Below, piece by piece: positions 62,079 to 64,000 of a DNA stretch of 64,000 nt. Source of the DNA: an uncultured Candidatus Saccharibacteria bacterium (lineage in GTDB: Bacteria > Patescibacteriota > WWE3 > UBA101185 > UBA10185); assembly GCA_964510435.1 (NCBI GenBank), contig CAZEBU010000001.1:144791-208790 (forward strand), read 5' to 3'. The first letter of the stretch is position 1. Every line of letters begins with the position of its first letter. A program made the translations under genes and the position numbers. The notes under the pieces were generated by a model, which was not told the origin of the DNA, ran no database searches, and was given only the letters and a program-made list of their open reading frames with translations.

Positions 62079-62636
62079 TCATCTTTCTAGAAAATATATC
62101 ATTAAATTTACTTCTACAGACGCTGTATCCTCTCTTAAACTATACCTAAAACTATTAATCTTTGTTAGTCTATCCATCGTTTCTATATCAGCTATCAGAA
62201 AGGTAAACTGCCCTGCGGAACCCCGTAATTTAGCTCTTAATGTCACTTCTCCGTCTAGAACATCTTGGATATAAAAATTTCTTTGCCTATAGCCATCGCT
62301 ACCCGCCTCCCCTACAAGACTCACCATAAAATCCTCTACCTCGGGCCTCAAAGGAATAGCGCTTTCTAATTCATTCGTATAAAACCTTGCTTTTTCAAGA
62401 GCCTCTTTAGTGTCATTTATGTTAGCTTTTTTCTTTAAAAGTCGTCGATTTAGATCAGTCAGTTCATTTAGGGTGTTAAATTTTCTCTCGGTCACCCTGA
62501 TCAAAGGGTAAACTCCAAAAAATCCGTAAATTACTAGGGTAAACAACAGGACTATAGTGTACAAACTAGCGTACACTTTTTTATTTTCTAAACTCCTTTT
62601 ATATGTGTGCAGCTGTTTCTTTAAACGATCGTTCAT
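62079..62636 (-). CDS. Single-pass membrane protein with coiled coil (PilO-like topology; weak)
   Basis: TM at aa 22-45, then a coiled coil and a periplasmic domain. No pilM or ATPase in the window, so this is topology-only. Confidence 0.3.
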   Translation of the reverse strand: MNDRLKKQLHTYKRSLENKKVYASLYTIVLLFTLVIYGFFGVYPLIRVTERKFNTLNELTDLNRRLLKKKANINDTKEALEKARFYTNELESAIPLRPEVEDFMVSLVGEAGSDGYRQRNFYIQDVLDGEVTLRAKLRGSAGQFTFLIADIETMDRLTKINSFRYSLREDTASVEVNLMIYFLER

Positions 62637-63256
62637 TTCATTTTTACCTCAAAATGAGCAAGATACTCTCTTTCTCCCCTGACCAGCTGTACTGTCTTAA
62701 TAACTATGCTATCTACATAGTCCTCACTAAGTAAACCGTTGATCATAAAAGCGAAAGAGGTTGGTGTATTGGCTCTTGCATCTACTGTGTAATGATTATC
62801 TTCCCTGGCATAAGCTAAATTCTCCAGCTTCACGTAATTAATAATGTGAAAAATCACAAACTCTAATCCTTCCGATATAGTAAAGTTTTCCATCTTCTTT
62901 GCTTTATAAAGATCTATCTGACTGGAAATTTCTCTTGCCCGGTCCTCTATGTGAGAATTCATTTCTATTTGAATTATTAAGTTATCTCTTCCTTTAGAAA
63001 GCGTTCTCAGCTGCCTGTCAACAATAAAATTTAAAAACAGGAGGATTAAAAATACTGCAGAGACAAAAATGACCACATAGTTGGTTGTTTTAACAATAGC
63101 CGGAGCTGCTTTAACAAATAAGTTCTTGGTTTCAATAGGTAATAAAAGATTAGGACTTAGATTTCCCTTTTGCAGGTCCGCTTGTTCCTGCTGAGCTTTT
63201 GTTGGAAACTTTTTTAGAAATTTTTCCTTTAGTTTGGGCAGATATTCTTTTAGCAT
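62633..63256 (-). CDS. Single-pass membrane protein (PilN-like topology; weak)
   Basis: TM at about aa 58-80. 4-nt overlap with the downstream PilO-like gene. Its 5' end overlaps the rpsT 3' tail by ~107 nt out of frame, so the true start is uncertain. Confidence 0.3.
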   Translation of the reverse strand: MLKEYLPKLKEKFLKKFPTKAQQEQADLQKGNLSPNLLLPIETKNLFVKAAPAIVKTTNYVVIFVSAVFLILLFLNFIVDRQLRTLSKGRDNLIIQIEMNSHIEDRAREISSQIDLYKAKKMENFTISEGLEFVIFHIINYVKLENLAYAREDNHYTVDARANTPTSFAFMINGLLSEDYVDSIVIKTVQLVRGEREYLAHFEVKMK

Positions 63257-63497
63257 ATCTTGATTTTAATCTATTTGCTTTGTTCTTATGGATAACCTTA
63301 TTCTTGGCAGCCTTATCCAAAACCTTTTGCAACACCATAAGATCACTATTAAGTATATCAACATCAACCTTTTTAGTCTGCAAATTACTTTTTAGCGTCT
63401 TAATAGAGTTTTTTATTCTGTATTTCCAAAAACTATTAAATTGTCGCTTGCGCAAAGAGGATCTGCGTGCTTTCTTTGCGGATTTAGTGTTTGGCAT
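63150..63497 (-). CDS. rpsT: 30S ribosomal protein S20 with a Lys/Ser-rich C-terminal extension
   Basis: MPNTKSAKKARRSSLRKRQFNSFWKYRIKNSIKTL matches the S20 N-terminus (ANIKSAKKRA...). Start taken at Met8 of the track ORF. 115 aa including a ~28-aa K/S-rich tail. Confidence 0.8.
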   Translation of the reverse strand: MPNTKSAKKARRSSLRKRQFNSFWKYRIKNSIKTLKSNLQTKKVDVDILNSDLMVLQKVLDKAAKNKVIHKNKANRLKSRYAKRISAQTKGKISKKVSNKSSAGTSGPAKGKSKS

Positions 63498-63554
63498 AGA
63501 CGTTGCGTATAATAACATAAGTTGAACACTAAGGTAAAATAGAAAAATTTATTT

Positions 63555-64000
63555 ATGTTGCGAAAATACAGGAACTTGATCAACAAGACCCAAAAAACCA
63601 TCCTTTCTGCAGCTTCGATTATTGCCGTAGCTAGTGGGGTTAATGCAATTTTAGGTTTTGCGAAAGGGAGGCTTTTAGCCACCTTTTTTGGTGACTCTAT
63701 TGAACTAGCCATTTTTTATACTGCCGACAGAATACCCGACCTACTTTACTCTGTTTTGGTCGTTGGTGCTTTATCAACAGTTTTTATCCCTGTTTTTACC
63801 AGCCTTTACAAAAGAGACAAAAACAGGGCGTGGGAAACTGCTTCCTCCTTAATTAATATAGCCGTTGTATTCTTTCTTGGTTTCTCCACATTGATCTTCA
63901 TTTTTGCACCATCTGTCCTGCGTTTGCTGTCTGTTGGAAAATTTTCCGCTGAGGAGGTTGATCTTGGGGTAAAACTTATGCGCATCATGCTTGGCGCACA
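63555..64000 (+). CDS. murJ: Lipid II flippase MurJ (5' portion; runs off the window end)
   Basis: Hand translation from the ATG at 63555: MLRKYRNLINKTQKTILSAASIIAVASGVNAILGFAKGRLLATFFGDSIELAIFYTADRIPDLLYSVLVVGALSTVFIPVF..., the typical MurJ/MviN N-terminus. Not in the ORF track because there is no stop within the window. Confidence 0.75.
   Translation, partial: MLRKYRNLINKTQKTILSAASIIAVASGVNAILGFAKGRLLATFFGDSIELAIFYTADRIPDLLYSVLVVGALSTVFIPVFTSLYKRDKNRAWETASSLINIAVVFFLGFSTLIFIFAPSVLRLLSVGKFSAEEVDLGVKLMRIMLGA

Noticed and set aside
63199-63712. Plus- and minus-strand ORFs (108 and 99 aa) overlapping rpsT and the murJ start region
   Set aside because: Antisense or shadow frames of clearly recognisable genes (S20 on the minus strand; MurJ starting at 63555 on the plus strand).

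Overview
This 64 kb window is a densely packed, mostly low-GC (roughly 38-40% by eye) stretch of a reduced bacterial genome. It reads like a Candidate Phyla Radiation / Patescibacteria-type organism, possibly Saccharibacteria-like, although no rRNA is present to confirm that. Housekeeping genes are recognisable by motif: rpmH-rnpA-yidD-yidC-jag-dnaN, groES/groEL, a short alaS with a tRNA-Cys upstream, metG, tatD, rmuC, pcrA, rsmA/ksgA, a cyclophilin, trx, gap, tpiA, rnhA, rpsT and a 3'-truncated murJ. Envelope genes include three sortases, two FemAB-family genes, an LCP protein, WecA/MraY-like GT4 and processive GT2 transferases, a DPPR-synthase-like UbiA prenyltransferase, an O-antigen-ligase-like protein and a Wzz-like protein. 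The most unusual region is the first ~9.8 kb. It holds a sortase substrate (LATTG signal) and its sortase, an array of four TasA/camelysin-like paralogs with SipW-cognate signal peptides, a SipW-type (S26B) signal peptidase, a protein with a lamin-tail domain, a mosaic protein with an internal LPATG sorting signal, and a second sortase. This looks like an undescribed hybrid SipW/TasA plus sortase surface-fibre system. Other notable items: a VirB4-like T4SS ATPase module with a long proline-rich tail convergent with dnaN; a mini aldehyde:ferredoxin-oxidoreductase N-terminal-like protein plus ferredoxin sitting where pgk is expected between gap and tpiA; an epimerase-TM-large-ectodomain fusion protein; an orphan OmpR-family regulator with a degenerate phosphoacceptor site; a UvrD helicase fused to an Fe-S Cas4/AddB-type nuclease; and several single-gene GC-elevated islets. 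I found no CRISPR array, rRNA, integrase or transposase. All calls rest on motifs read by eye and on the supplied ORF track; no database search was possible.
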